The notes under the pieces are model-generated. The model worked only from the letters and a program-made list of their open reading frames with translations, did not search any database and had not been told where the DNA came from. From an uncultured Phycisphaerales bacterium (GTDB lineage: Bacteria > Planctomycetota > Phycisphaerae > Sedimentisphaerales > Anaerobacaceae): a stretch of 64,000 bases of DNA. The stretch is from assembly GCA_963772725.1 (NCBI GenBank), contig CAVYYI010000003.1:608001-672000 (forward strand), read 5' to 3'. Numbering within the stretch: the stretch's first letter is position 1; each line of letters opens with the position of its first letter. The translations under genes were made by a program, and so were the position numbers. This document shows, one piece after another, positions 52,543 through 63,763 of this stretch.

Positions 52543-53871
52543 ATGGCGAAAAGAAATACAAACTGGTGGATGTTGAAAAACCAAATCTGTATCGGGATAT
52601 TTTCCCTATACGGAATTTCCCAAAGCGGTATTCGATAATCAGGATGTTCCGTATGAAATCCCGAAAGATATCTGGATAACCGATACGACATTCCGCGACG
52701 GCCAGCAGGCCCGGCCGCCCTATACGCCTGAGCAGGTACTGCGGATTTACGATCTGCTGCACGAGATAGACGGCGGCACAGGCCTGATTCGCCAGTGCGA
52801 ATTTTTCCTTTATTCCGACCGCGACAGAAAGGCCGTCGAGCTTTGCAAGGCACGCGGCTACAGATATCCGGAAGTTACCGGCTGGATTAGGGCGGTGGCG
52901 GACGATTTCAAACTTGTCACGGAAATGGGACTTACCGAAACAGGCATTCTCACTTCGGCAAGCGATTACCATATTTTTCTCAAATTGCGAAAAACCCGTT
53001 CCCAGGCGCTGAATGCCTATCTGGATATCGTCAAGGCGGCACTCGATAACGGCATCATCCCGCGATGTCATTTTGAGGATATTACCCGCGCCGATTATGA
53101 CGGCTTTATTCTGCCGTTTGCCGCTGAGCTGATGAAACTCGCCAAACAGTATAATAAGCCGGTCAAAATCCGGCTTTGCGATACGCTTGGTTTTGGCCTG
53201 CCCTGGGCGGAGGCGACTTTGCCGCGAAGCATGCCAAAACTTGTCGCACGGTCTGCGGCAAATCGGCGTTCCAGGCGAACGGCTCGAATGGCATGGCCAC
53301 AATGACTTGCACAAGGTGCTGGTCAACGCCTCGACGGCATGGCTCTACGGCTGCTGCGCGGCGAACAGCTCGATATTCGGCGTCGGCGAACGAACAGGCA
53401 ATCCGCCGCTTGAGGCGATGGTCATTGAACATGCCCAGATTAAGGGAATGGTTCCGGGCGTCAATTACGCCGCAATAACCGAACTTGCCGAATTATGCCA
53501 GGAAAGAGCTGGGCTTTGAAATACCGCACAACTATCCGCTGGTCGGCGACGACTTCAATGTTACCCGCGCCGGCATTCACGCCGACGGCCTATTGAAGAA
53601 TGAGGAGATTTATAACTGCTTCGATACCGAAAAACTGCTCAAGCGGCCGGTCAGCGTGGCGATTACCGATAAGACCGGCGCAGCGGGCATAAAGCACTGG
53701 ATTGAAGCGAGATTCCAGATCGAAATACCCAAACATGACCCGCGGATTATAAAAATAAAGGACAGAATCGACGCTTAATACGCGGACAACAGGGTATCGG
53801 CTATATCCGATGATGAGATGTTTGCGTGGGCAAAAGATGCTTTCAGCAACAAGCTGCCTCCGGCAAAATAA
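52543..53871 (+). pseudogene. Re-citrate synthase / LeuA-like (HMGL family) gene with several frameshifts and an internal stop
   Basis: LYRDIFPYTEFP, IWITDTTFRDGQQARPPY, RLCDTLG, EWHGHND, GERTGN, TRAGIHADGL in changing frames. Confidence 0.85.
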
Positions 53872-53894
53872 ATATCCTTAATTTGATTACTGCA

Positions 53895-53928
53895 AAGACC
53901 ATTTTGCGGTGTATCGTAAAATGGTCTT
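53895..53928. promoter_or_regulatory. Inverted repeat overlapping the promoter of the AAA gene
   Basis: AAGACCATTTTGCG-6 bp-CGTAAAATGGTCTT next to TTGACT. Confidence 0.55.
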
Positions 53929-53965
53929 GACTATTTTACGATACTATTGATAATAGTCAGGCAAT

Positions 53966-55175
53966 ATGAAAACACTGAAACGGATTTACGATGCAATTTT
54001 GACAGACCATTTGTCCAAAAATCGTCAGATGGTCTTTTTATCAGGGCCGCGACAGGTGGGCAAAACTACGACATGTCGTAATTTTGTCGATAAATATTTA
54101 AATTGGGACAACACGGATGACAGGACACAGATAGTTAAAGGCCCTGCGGCAATAGCAGAACAGCTAAGCATTTCAAAGCTTCATAAAAAATTACCGGCAG
54201 TTCTTTTCGATGAGCTGCACAAATTCAGCCGCTGGAAGCAGTTTCTCAAAGGATTTTTCGATACGTATTCATCGCAGATACATATCCTTGTAACCGGCAG
54301 TTCGCGAATGGATATATACAGGCGAGGCGGAGATAGTTTAATGGGCAGGTATTTCCTGTATCGGATGCACCCGTTGTCTGTAGCCGAATTACTTCGTCAA
54401 GATTTGCCTGACTTTGAAAGAATTATTCGTTCTCCGGCACGAATTAATAATGAAGACTTTTCGGCACTGTTGACTTACGGAGGTTATCCGGAACCTTTTA
54501 TAAAACGCGATATGCGATTCAGCAGGCAATGGCGTAATTTACGGCAACAGCAGTTGCTGCGTGAAGATATGCGGGATATGACGCAGATTCACCAATTAGA
54601 CCAGTTGGAAGTTCTTGTGAATTTATTGATATCGCGTTCTTCTCATCAATTAATTTACAGCAACCTTGCCGGCGAAATCCAGGTTTCCATTGATACGGTT
54701 CGCCGCTGGATTAATATTCTGTGCAATTTACACCTCGGATTTTTAGTCAGACCATGGTATAAAAATGTCTCCCGCTCACTCCGAAAGGAACCTAAATGGT
54801 ATCTCAGAGACTGGTCTGTTATTGATGAGCCCGGTAATAGGGCGGAAACATTTATGGCCTGCCATCTTCTCAAGGCGGTTGAAGGCTGGACTGATATGGG
54901 CCTTGGAAATTTCAAATTAGGCTACATAAGAGATAAAAGTCAGCGAGAGGTGGATTTTATCGTCATAAAGAATGACAAGCCGTGGTTTCTTATTGAAGTC
55001 AAAAATACTGACAGTAAATTGAGCGACATCACTAAAATATTATCAGCAGCAATTAAAAGTGCCGTTTGCTTTTCAGGTTGTTATGGATGCGGAGTATGTT
55101 GATGCCGACTGTTTTTCTAACCGGGACAGGGTTATGATAGTACCTGTATCCACTTTTCTCTCACAATTATTATGA
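53966..55175 (+). CDS. AAA_14/DUF4143 ATPase with C-terminal nuclease-like motif; frameshift near 55025
   Basis: GPRQVGKTT, FDELHK, TGSS, GGYPE, EVDF..IEVK. Confidence 0.88.
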
Positions 55176-55903
55176 AAATCAAGGCGATATTATTCGATTT
55201 GGGTGAGACCCTGCTTATGTTCGGGAGGGTTGACACGTTTGGACTTCTTGCGCAGGGAGCGAAGCTGTCTTACGATTTTCTAAAGGGGCTGGGTCAGCCG
55301 CTTGAGAGCTTCGAGCGGTATTTCTGGCACAGCCTTATCTCGCTGAGATGGCACCACCTGCTTTCAAACATAACCGGAAACGATTTCGATTCAATGCTCC
55401 TGTTGAAAAAAATCGGAACAAAGAAAGGCATTAAACTCGACGCCTCGCAGTGGGAGGAGCTGGTCTGGCTTTGGTATAAACCTTTGAGTCTGGCCGGCAA
55501 AACCGAACCTGATATCGCAAAAACGCTGGATGAGCTGAAAAAAATGGGTATTAAACTCGGCATAGTCTCCAATACATTTGTCCATTCGAGTGCGATTAAA
55601 AAGCACCTCAGGCACTTGGGTATATCCGATTTTTTCGATATTGAGCTTTATTCTTACCAGTTCGATTTTCGCAAACCTGATATGAGGATTTTCAGGACTG
55701 CCATTGAGCGCATCGGCGAACCGGCGGAAAATATTATGTTCGTGGGCGACCGTATCGATAACGATATCACTCCGGCGATGAGTATGGGGATGACAGCCGT
55801 TCTGAAACAGGCTTATACCAATTCCGGCAGGATACCGGCGAACAATGTTCGCAGAATAAGCCGGCTCTCCGAACTGCCCGGCTTAGTCCGAGCAATTCAG
55901 TAA
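55172..55903 (+). CDS. HAD-family hydrolase
   Basis: FDLGETL, VSN, RKPD, VGDRIDND. Confidence 0.92.
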   Translation: MKIKAILFDLGETLLMFGRVDTFGLLAQGAKLSYDFLKGLGQPLESFERYFWHSLISLRWHHLLSNITGNDFDSMLLLKKIGTKKGIKLDASQWEELVWLWYKPLSLAGKTEPDIAKTLDELKKMGIKLGIVSNTFVHSSAIKKHLRHLGISDFFDIELYSYQFDFRKPDMRIFRTAIERIGEPAENIMFVGDRIDNDITPAMSMGMTAVLKQAYTNSGRIPANNVRRISRLSELPGLVRAIQ

Positions 55904-55999
55904 CCTACGGTATCACCAAAGACCCCTGATGCATCACAGAGGTTTTTGAAGATATTTCCGATTCGAAGGATGGTTCTGACCGGCCAAAGCGTCGCTACA

Positions 56000-56232
56000 A
56001 GCTTCGCCCACAGTGCGCAGACGGCAAGATTTATCTTATCAGCATGAATGGCGAAGTCGTCGTGCTTGCGGCAGGCGATGAGTATAAGGAACTGGCCTGC
56101 AACAATCTTGAAGGGACGCAATGCCGCTCGACCGTCGTCGCCGCCAATCGCCGACTGTTTGTGCGGGCGTCGAAGACGCTTTACTGTTTCGCCAAGGCAT
56201 CACGAGTCGCCAGTAAAGAGGAAAGCAAATAA
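56000..56232 (+). pseudogene. PQQ-repeat beta-propeller C-terminal remnant
   Basis: ADGKIYLISMNGEVVVLAAG..ELACNNL..RLFVR..LYCF. Confidence 0.65.
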
Positions 56233-56268
56233 AGGCAGTTTGACCTGTATTGTGCAGAGCGACTATGT

Positions 56269-56322
56269 GGATTTACTCTCATTGAATTACTGGTCGTAAT
56301 CGCTGTCATCGCTCTTCTAATG
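56269..56322 (+). pseudogene. Orphan prepilin N-terminal cleavage motif
   Basis: GFTLIELLVVIAVIALLM followed by a stop within 10 codons. Confidence 0.7.
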
Positions 56323-56412
56323 CGTTGCAGACAGGCGGCTAATGGATTATAATCATTACTATGAGCATAGTTCTCTGGACGATTTAACCACAGTAGAATT
56401 TTATGAGGCGAT

Positions 56413-58000
56413 ATGAAGAAAACGATGTATAAATTCTGTATGTTAATAATGGCTTTGGTTTGGCCGGTGTTTCCGTGTCACGCGGAAATTAAACTCCCAT
56501 CTATCTTTTCAGATGGAATGGTCTGCAGAGGGACCGTTCCGTCCCGGTGTGGGGATGGGCGGTACCAGTGCAGATGTGACCGTTGAATTTTCCGGCCAGA
56601 AAAAGACCGCTGTGACAGATGCGGCCGGCAAGTGGCTGGTTCGTCTCGAACCCATGCCCGCCTCTTCAAAACCTCAGACTCTGACGGTATCGTCTTCGGT
56701 TGAAAAAGGGAAATTGCAAGTCGGCAATGTTCTGGTGGGCGAAGTCTGGCTCTGTTCCGGTCAGTCGAACATGGGGATGTCGATGAAAACGGTGACCGCT
56801 GTGGAGGAGGAGAAGAAACGAGCGGACCGTCCGGCTCTGCGTATTTTCCGTATCGGCCTGAACAGTTCGCTTGAGCCGCAGAAAGACTGTCCCGGCGACT
56901 GGGTGATATGCTCGCCGAACACCCTTGAGCAGTTTTCAGCCGCAGCGTATTTCTTCGGGGCTGAGATTCATAAGGAACTGGGAGTGCCTGTCGGCCTAAT
57001 CCTCTCGGCATGGGGCGGTACACATATTGAAACATGGTGTCCGGCTGAGCCGCTCAAAAAATTCCCGCACATCCTCGCGTATATGGCCAGGCAGGATGCA
57101 AAAGCGGCCAATTTCGATGAAGAAGGCGCAAAAAAAGAATATGAAAAGTCGATAGCAAAATGGAAAACGCTGGCCGCCCAGGCAAAAAAAGCCGGAAAGT
57201 CTGTGCCTTCAAAGCCGAAAGAACCTGACTATCCCCGCTCGTGGAAATATTATCCAGGCAAGTTGTATAACGGCATGATTCATCCTCTTGTGCCGTATGG
57301 CCTGCGCGGATTCCTCTGGTATCAGGGAGAGGGGAACGCACATACCGTGCATGACGCCATAATCTATCGTGAAGAGCTGGGAATTCTTGTAACGCAGTTG
57401 CGTTCGTTATGGGGATATGAATTCCCTGCCTACGCGGTGCAATTGCCTAATTACAGAGCGGGGGCGACTGAGAGCGATGCATGGGCGTATATTCGTGAAA
57501 GTATTTTGAACTTTCGCCGGGACATTCCCAATGCAGGCGTGGCCATCGCCATAGATGTCGGAGAAGCGAATGACATTCATCCGAAAAATAAACAGCCCGT
57601 GGGGTATCGTCTTGCACGGCAGGGGCTGGTTTATACTTATGGAAAAAACCTTGTTCCCGGAGGGCCGATTTACCGCTCGATGAAAAAAGACGGAGAAAAT
57701 ATCATCATCGAGTTTGACGATATTGGTTCCGGACTCACCGTACGTGGTAATGATTCACTGAAAACCTTTACTATCGCGGGAGAAGATAGAAACTTTGTTC
57801 CTGCCAAAGCGGTGATTGAGAACGATAAGGTTATTGTCAGTTCGCCGCTTGTGAAAAAACCCGTGGCGGTGCGTTACGCCTGGGCCAATAACCCTCAAGG
57901 GTGCAACCTGTTTAATAAAGAAGGATTCCCCGCCTCGCCGTTCCGAACAGATACGTGGGAGCCGAAAGAAAAACCCGCCAGCTGGCTGGACAGGTATTAA
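56413..58000 (+). CDS. Sialate O-acetylesterase family, divergent copy C; frameshift near 56525
   Basis: Signal peptide plus EIKLPSIFSDGMV, GQSNM, WYQGEGN, DIHP. Confidence 0.88.
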
Positions 58001-58281
58001 TTCCATTCGGGAAAAGACCGACGGATGTCGCCTGAACAACAATTACTGAACCCTTAACAAATTCGAATAAAAAAAACACAAAAGCAGAAACAAGAGTTAA
58101 CCGCTTCATTATATCAGCCATAAAATCCCGCGGAACGCTTATCGGGTCGATACGCAAATCTTTGTATAAGTGACAGGCAAAAATACTTATTTGCGTGCAT
58201 TTTTTGCGGAGTTTTGGTATAATAAATGCGGCTTGGGATACAATAGGATGGCCAGGCTGATAAATTTTGGAGGACGGATAC

Positions 58282-58654
58282 GTGGTGACCAAAATACTGT
58301 TACTTGCGCTGATTATGGTGGAATCGCACGGCGATAATCAGGCGATAAACGGCAATTCAGTTGGTCCTGCAGATTACCCCGATACTTGTCAGGGACGTCA
58401 ATAGAATCGCCGGAACAAACTTCACCCTGCAGGACCGATACGACAGGGGGAAAAGCCTGCAAATAGCCGAGCTGTACCTGAAGTATTACGGCGAGGTTTA
58501 CACAAAGAAAACACACAAAGACCCGGACGACCAGATTTACGCAAGGATATGGAACGGCGGCCCGAACGGGTGGCGGAAGGTCAGTACACAAAAGTACTGG
58601 CTTGCGGTTCAGAAGGAAATTGAGAACAACAAAACCGCCAAGGCGGAAAAATAA
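58282..58654 (+). CDS. Lysozyme-like (i-type/SLT-like) protein; frameshift near 58360
   Basis: LIMVES, LQIT..VRDVNRI, YLKYY, ARIWNGGPNG. Confidence 0.65.
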
Positions 58655-58679
58655 ATACAATAAACTCACCGATTCGCAT

Positions 58680-58767
58680 TGTCATACCTGCGGAAGCAGG
58701 TATCCAGTTGTGAGAGAATGGATTCCCGCTCCCCGTTTTCACGAGGACAGGTTTCGCGGGAATGACA
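58680..58767. repeat. REP-like palindromic repeat
   Basis: TGTCATACCTGCGGAAGCAGGTATCCAG...GGATTCCCGC...TTCGCGGGAATGACA. Confidence 0.75.
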
Positions 58768-58989
58768 GTATGGCGTAAGAATTAATTCCAATTGGCATAA
58801 TTTACAGCTTGTGTAAACTACAGGCTGCCTGCCGGTATTTAGCCGCACAGACTTGTTGTGGCGACGCGGCGAAAAAGACATTAAGAGATAATATTTTGCT
58901 TGGTTTTTTCTTGATTTACAGTAAAAAAATGGGTATAGGTTGTTACTAAATTGACAATTGAATAGTGTTTTTTGGTACTGATTTTTAGC

Positions 58990-59123
58990 GTTCCTACTGA
59001 AACCGCCAAGTTTTGTAGTAAGCAAACGCAAAAAGCCGGTGCCCCGAAATGGGGCATCGCTTGCGTGTTGCTTATGGGTCTTGGCGGACCTCAGTAGGGC
59101 ACGATGTAGCGGTGCCCTTTTTT
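58990..59123 (+). ncRNA. Candidate rod-shaped structured RNA with terminator
   Basis: Nested stems CCTACTGA/TCAGTAGG, CCGCCAAG/CTTGGCGG, TAAGCAA/TTGCTTA, ACGCAA/TTGCGT, GGTGCCCC/GGGGCATC, then GGGCAC..GTGCCC-T6. Confidence 0.6.
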
Positions 59124-59194
59124 ATTGCGCTAATTTTAGGAAAAATAAAAGCGGTGTGTAACTGCTTGAACCAAAGTTTTGAAAGGAGCTTATT

Positions 59195-59983
59195 ATGGGA
59201 AAGAAAATGCTGCTGTTAGTTGTTGTGCTGACGGTGGTTGCGTTGACCACTTCGTCAGCTCTTGCCTTATCGCCAATGGGGCCTCCGACCGCGGGACTCA
59301 ATAAGGGGGAGTGGAGAGCTGGTGTTGATTATGCTTACAGTGAAATGGACGTAGAATGGTCATTGTCAAGCAGCACGGAATCGCTCATAGAAGATATTAT
59401 CGGGGAAGATATAGTTGGTTCTGGAAAAATTAAAGATAATGAATCTCATCTTGTTATGGCCAACATCGGATATGGGCTGAACAATGATTGGGAGGTATTT
59501 GTTCGTTTGGGCGGCTCTAAAATCGAGAATGATGATTTGTTATTTGATGGTGATATGGATTTTGCCTATGGTTTTGGTACTAAAGTTACCTGGTACAAAC
59601 AAGGCAATCTGAGTTTGGGTGCATTATTGCAGACTACCTGTTTAAATTCTAAAGAGGATTATGATGCTGTAGATGGTGAAATAGAGATTGAGGCGTGGGA
59701 AACTCAAATCGCCGTTGGTCCGACATATAAACTTTCAGATTGTCTCTCGGTTTATGGTGGTCCATTTATTTATATGCTTGATGGTGATATTGACGCTAAA
59801 TTGGACGGTTTGTCAGGATCGGCTGATGTAGAAGAAGATTCTATGTTCGGCGGCTACGTTGGCGCACAGTTAGACATCAAGCCGAATAAGGAAGAAGTAT
59901 CGAATGGCGCATTTCTGTTTGGAGAATTTATGTTTACAGGTGATGGCTGGGGCGTCGGCACAGGAATTGGCTGGAAGTTCTAA
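59195..59983 (+). CDS. Outer-membrane beta-barrel protein
   Basis: Signal peptide, alternating beta strands, terminal GIGWKF. Confidence 0.8.
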   Translation: MGKKMLLLVVVLTVVALTTSSALALSPMGPPTAGLNKGEWRAGVDYAYSEMDVEWSLSSSTESLIEDIIGEDIVGSGKIKDNESHLVMANIGYGLNNDWEVFVRLGGSKIENDDLLFDGDMDFAYGFGTKVTWYKQGNLSLGALLQTTCLNSKEDYDAVDGEIEIEAWETQIAVGPTYKLSDCLSVYGGPFIYMLDGDIDAKLDGLSGSADVEEDSMFGGYVGAQLDIKPNKEEVSNGAFLFGEFMFTGDGWGVGTGIGWKF

Positions 59984-60018
59984 CACACTAAATATAAGAT
60001 TGTGTTATATGGAAATTT

Positions 60019-60050
60019 GGGCTGCGGGCATTATGTTCGCAGCCCTTTTT
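60019..60050 (+). terminator. Rho-independent terminator
   Basis: GGGCTGCGGGCAT-T-ATGTTCGCAGCCC followed by TTTTT. Confidence 0.8.
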
Positions 60051-60258
60051 GTTTGTAGAGTCGGCTCCTCTAAGCCGCAAAGTTTTTTTCTGTTAGGCCC
60101 GTGTCGCCTGTTTTTTGAGAAGGAAACGCAACTGTTGAGGAAATATTTTAACCTTTTTTCCTAAAAACCATTTGAGTATCCGGCAAGGCTTGGATATAAT
60201 CTCACCAAGTCAATTGCAGGGTGCGATTGTATGAATTATAATAACGAAGGGAGAAAAT

Positions 60259-60891
60259 ATGTTCAATACTATGTATGTTAGGAAGTTTATATGTCTTTTG
60301 CTTGCGATATCAACTTTCAGCTTAAGTTTGACGGGTTGCGGAGGCCATACCGCAAATCCAGTTGATAGGTATATGCTGGGCGATGAAAAGAAATCATGCA
60401 CTGCTTTGTATGCCGAAGTATCTAATATCGACAAAGAAATTGCTCTTAAGAATCGCGACAAAACAAACCGTGATACCTGGAATGTAATATTCTTTGTAAC
60501 TGGCTTTCTTGTAATCGTCCCATGGTTTTTTATAGACGCTAAAGGTTCACAAGAGGTAGAAATGGAAGCTCTTAAAGCACGGAAAAATGCTTTACAGATT
60601 AACTTTAGCGATAAAAACTGCGATACGCCAACAGCAATCAACCAGAAAAATTCTCCATCAACAGAAAATACCAATAGTAGTTCAATAAAGTCTAAAGAAA
60701 AGAACGTTTCTAATGAGACAGTTGTCAAAGCGTCTGTGGAAAACCTTGGCCGAATCAGCAGTCAGCAAGAAAAATGCAATTTCTGTGAAAGAACTATACC
60801 AAAATTTGAGCAGCACTTCCCGTTGTTTGATAATAAGATTGCATGTAAAGAATGCTACGCAAAGTTAAAAAACCAAATTAAAGAGCAATAA
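60259..60891 (+). CDS. Lipoprotein with an internal TM segment and C-terminal CxxC..CxxC
   Basis: Lipobox LTGC; CNFC..CKEC. Confidence 0.7.
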   Translation: MFNTMYVRKFICLLLAISTFSLSLTGCGGHTANPVDRYMLGDEKKSCTALYAEVSNIDKEIALKNRDKTNRDTWNVIFFVTGFLVIVPWFFIDAKGSQEVEMEALKARKNALQINFSDKNCDTPTAINQKNSPSTENTNSSSIKSKEKNVSNETVVKASVENLGRISSQQEKCNFCERTIPKFEQHFPLFDNKIACKECYAKLKNQIKEQ

Positions 60892-60896
60892 TTTAG

Positions 60897-60944
60897 CTTT
60901 TGCTGCTGGGGTTGGGCGCGGTGATGCTGAGAAGAAGACATTAA
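60897..60944 (+). pseudogene. Orphan PEP-CTERM tail
   Basis: LLLLGLGAVMLRRRH*, parallel to the tail of the next gene. Confidence 0.65.
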
Positions 60945-61126
60945 AAGGCAATATTTTTAGCTATTTTCGCTATTTTTCTCTTGACTTTCAATAATAAATC
61001 TGTATAATTATTGCTGTTTGCGGTTTGGTCGATATGGGATAGGAAGGGAACTCACTTTTATAGCGTCGTTAATTTCTGCGCAAAAGGTGCAATTAAAATA
61101 TTAATAATTTTTTAAGGAAGTGTCTT

Positions 61127-61744
61127 ATGAAGACGTTAGTAATTACAATTTTTGTTCTCTGTTTGGTGTCAGGTGCAAATGCAACAACTGCAATTTCCAG
61201 CACCTTTGATACCGATTTAGAAATGTGGACAGGAACAGGGTCGGGCAGGTTTATCTACAATGCAAGCGGAGGTAATCCGGGGGGGTATGTTCAATTTAAC
61301 GATGAATCTGGAACGGGTGGTGACGGATGGTTGAGTGCACCTGCAAAGTTTCTGGGAAATTGGTCTGTTTTGGAAAATCAGAGCACACTTTCATGGGACC
61401 ACAAAATTATTCAAACAGGTGGGACAGGTGAAATATTGTACGGACAAGCGATTATTTCGGGGCCTGGTGGCTCGGCTAAGTTTACCTCCAGCAAATATAT
61501 GACTAATACGAGGTGGGAGACATTCTCTGTGTCGATTAATCAATCAGAATGGAGCGTTATGGCCGGTTCTTGGGCGGGTATTTTAAATAATGTTACGACA
61601 TTAGACATTCGCATTGAGGCAGTTCACAATGTTTCAGGACCACTTGATATATGTGGAATTGATAATGTCACTTTAATCCCCGAACCAGCTACGCTTTTGC
61701 TGCTCGGTCTGGGCGGATTGTTTTTAAGAAGGAAACGCAGTTAA
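61127..61744 (+). CDS. PEP-CTERM protein with a laminin-B-like domain
   Basis: Signal peptide; APAKFLGNW; IPEPATLLLLGLGGLFLRRKR. Promoter TTGACT..TGTATAAT at 60981-61008. Confidence 0.88.
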   Translation: MKTLVITIFVLCLVSGANATTAISSTFDTDLEMWTGTGSGRFIYNASGGNPGGYVQFNDESGTGGDGWLSAPAKFLGNWSVLENQSTLSWDHKIIQTGGTGEILYGQAIISGPGGSAKFTSSKYMTNTRWETFSVSINQSEWSVMAGSWAGILNNVTTLDIRIEAVHNVSGPLDICGIDNVTLIPEPATLLLLGLGGLFLRRKRS

Positions 61745-61859
61745 TCAGCCCGCAAAGCGTTGCAGAACTCTTCCAGAGAATAGATAAGCGGCGACGCAGG
61801 AAACGCAGGTACAAAGAATTGTGTGGGATAAAAACGGCGGGAAGGCGGTTGAAAACAAA

Positions 61860-62726
61860 TCAGGTTCGCAGTGCCTCTTCAAGAGAGCTGCGCATAGCTT
61901 GGAGAGAAGGCTTTTGGCCGGTCCATTTCTCAAAAGCGATTGCGCCCTGATATATAAGCATTCCCAGGCCATCGATGCAAACTGCGCCAGCTTGCTCTGC
62001 CATTTTCAGAAAAGGAGTTTTGGGAGGATTTGGTATCACATCACAGACTATCATATTTTTTTTCAGGCTTTCTTTTCTCACGGCGGGAATGTCGTTTACA
62101 TTCGGGAAAAGGCCGATGGATGTCGCCTGAACAATAATATCGGTATCCCGCGGAATGTCGAAATAACCACGCCAAAGATGAAAATCAGCTTTGACGTCCG
62201 TATTTTTGTTAAGATTTTCGGTGAGCGTTTCTCCTCTTTCGCGGGTTCTGTTCACAACAAGTATATGAGCCGCGCCGGCAAGGGCTAATTCTGTGCAAAT
62301 CGCTCTTGCGGCGCCGCCTGCGCCGAGACAGACAATTCTTTTGCTAGCGGGATTTATGCCGGCGTCATCCCTGAGCGACCTCATAAAACCCTTGCCGTCG
62401 GTATTTTCGCCGATAAACCTATCGCCGTCTCGCCAGACGGTATTGACCGCGCCTATTAACCGGGCATCATCGGCGACCTTATCCAGCAGCGGCAGTATTG
62501 CAACCTTGTGAGGAGTGGTGACATTAAAACCCTGAAAGTTCATCGCGCGGGCGCCTTCGACGGCGGCTTTAAGGTATTGGGATTTGACCGGAAGATTCAT
62601 ATACCGCCAGTTCAGCCCTGCCGCTTTGAAGGCAGCTTCCTCCATTATATAGCTGGGGTTCTCATCTACAGGGTCGCCCATAACGCCGACCAAGCTCATT
62701 TTTTGCGGTTTCTGTTCAGTCATCAT
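61860..62726 (-). CDS. aroE: Shikimate dehydrogenase
   Basis: NVTTPHK, GAVNT, NTDG, GAGGAA, NRT, GLGMLIYQG. Confidence 0.93.
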   Translation of the reverse strand: MMTEQKPQKMSLVGVMGDPVDENPSYIMEEAAFKAAGLNWRYMNLPVKSQYLKAAVEGARAMNFQGFNVTTPHKVAILPLLDKVADDARLIGAVNTVWRDGDRFIGENTDGKGFMRSLRDDAGINPASKRIVCLGAGGAARAICTELALAGAAHILVVNRTRERGETLTENLNKNTDVKADFHLWRGYFDIPRDTDIIVQATSIGLFPNVNDIPAVRKESLKKNMIVCDVIPNPPKTPFLKMAEQAGAVCIDGLGMLIYQGAIAFEKWTGQKPSLQAMRSSLEEALRT

Positions 62727-62917
62727 GAGGCAATAATATCAGAATCTTGCGCGGATTAAAATAAGAAAATCTTAACAGCCGGCGATAATGACTTTAGACT
62801 TGCAATGCGGAGAAAATTTGGGTATTAGAGCATTGATAAGCTTGGCTGTGCGGCTAAGCGGTTAACACGTACTAAGCAGAGTTGTATATGGGAAATTCTA
62901 TTCGAAAGGTCTGAACA

Positions 62918-63694
62918 ATGGTCAAGATGGTTTCATATCGCGCTTTTGTTTTCCTTGCGGCGGCAATAGTTACGGGTTTGGTATTGAATGTTAATACAGG
63001 CACAGCCAAGGCTGAAAAGGCCAAGGCTAAACGCTGTGTGGTGGTATGGTCTGAGGGCACCGCATCCAAAAATGTCTATCCCAACGATATTAACGGCGCC
63101 ATCGCCGAAGGTTTGAAGAAGCTGAAAGGGTGGGAGGTTGTAACAGCCAATCTGTCCGACCCTGACCAGGGCCTGCCGGACGATTTGCTGAAACGTACCG
63201 ATGTGTTAATCTGGTGGGGCCATAAGAAACACAAGGAGGTCAAGGATGAACTGGTGGACAAAATCGTCAAGAGGGTTAAGGATGAAGGTATGGGTTTCAT
63301 AGCCCTGCATTCCTCGCATTTTGCCAAACCGAACAAGATGCTGATGGGCACAGCCTGCTCATGGAAGGCCTATGTGGGCGACTCGACTACGCTAAAAATC
63401 ACGGTCAAGGACCCGAACCACCCTATCGCTAAGGGTATAAAGGAATTCACAGTTGCTCACAACGAGCGATACAGCGACCCTTATATTGTGCCGCCGCCTA
63501 AAGCGGTGGTGTTCGAGGGCACAGCCTCTCTGGCAAAGGGCGGCACCGACACAAGCCAGGTGGGCCTGACCTGGGAAATAGGCAAGGGTAAAGTATTTTA
63601 CTTCCAGGCTGGCCATGAGACTAATCCTATCTTCTTCGACCCGAATGTCCGCAAGATTATGATTAACGCGGTGAAATGGGCGGCGCCGAAATAG
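62918..63694 (+). CDS. ThuA-like (class I glutamine amidotransferase fold) protein
   Basis: DVLIWWGH, GFIALHS, FYFQAGHET. Confidence 0.88.
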   Translation: MVKMVSYRAFVFLAAAIVTGLVLNVNTGTAKAEKAKAKRCVVVWSEGTASKNVYPNDINGAIAEGLKKLKGWEVVTANLSDPDQGLPDDLLKRTDVLIWWGHKKHKEVKDELVDKIVKRVKDEGMGFIALHSSHFAKPNKMLMGTACSWKAYVGDSTTLKITVKDPNHPIAKGIKEFTVAHNERYSDPYIVPPPKAVVFEGTASLAKGGTDTSQVGLTWEIGKGKVFYFQAGHETNPIFFDPNVRKIMINAVKWAAPK

Positions 63695-63763
63695 AATACG
63701 CGGCAATAGCAGTATCCGAAGATTTTCTGTTTCCTCAACCGCCTGGCAGGCCGTAAGGATTTG

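Noticed and set aside
52511..53326. 271-aa minus-strand ORF
   Set aside because: Antisense shadow of the frameshifted citrate-synthase-like gene.
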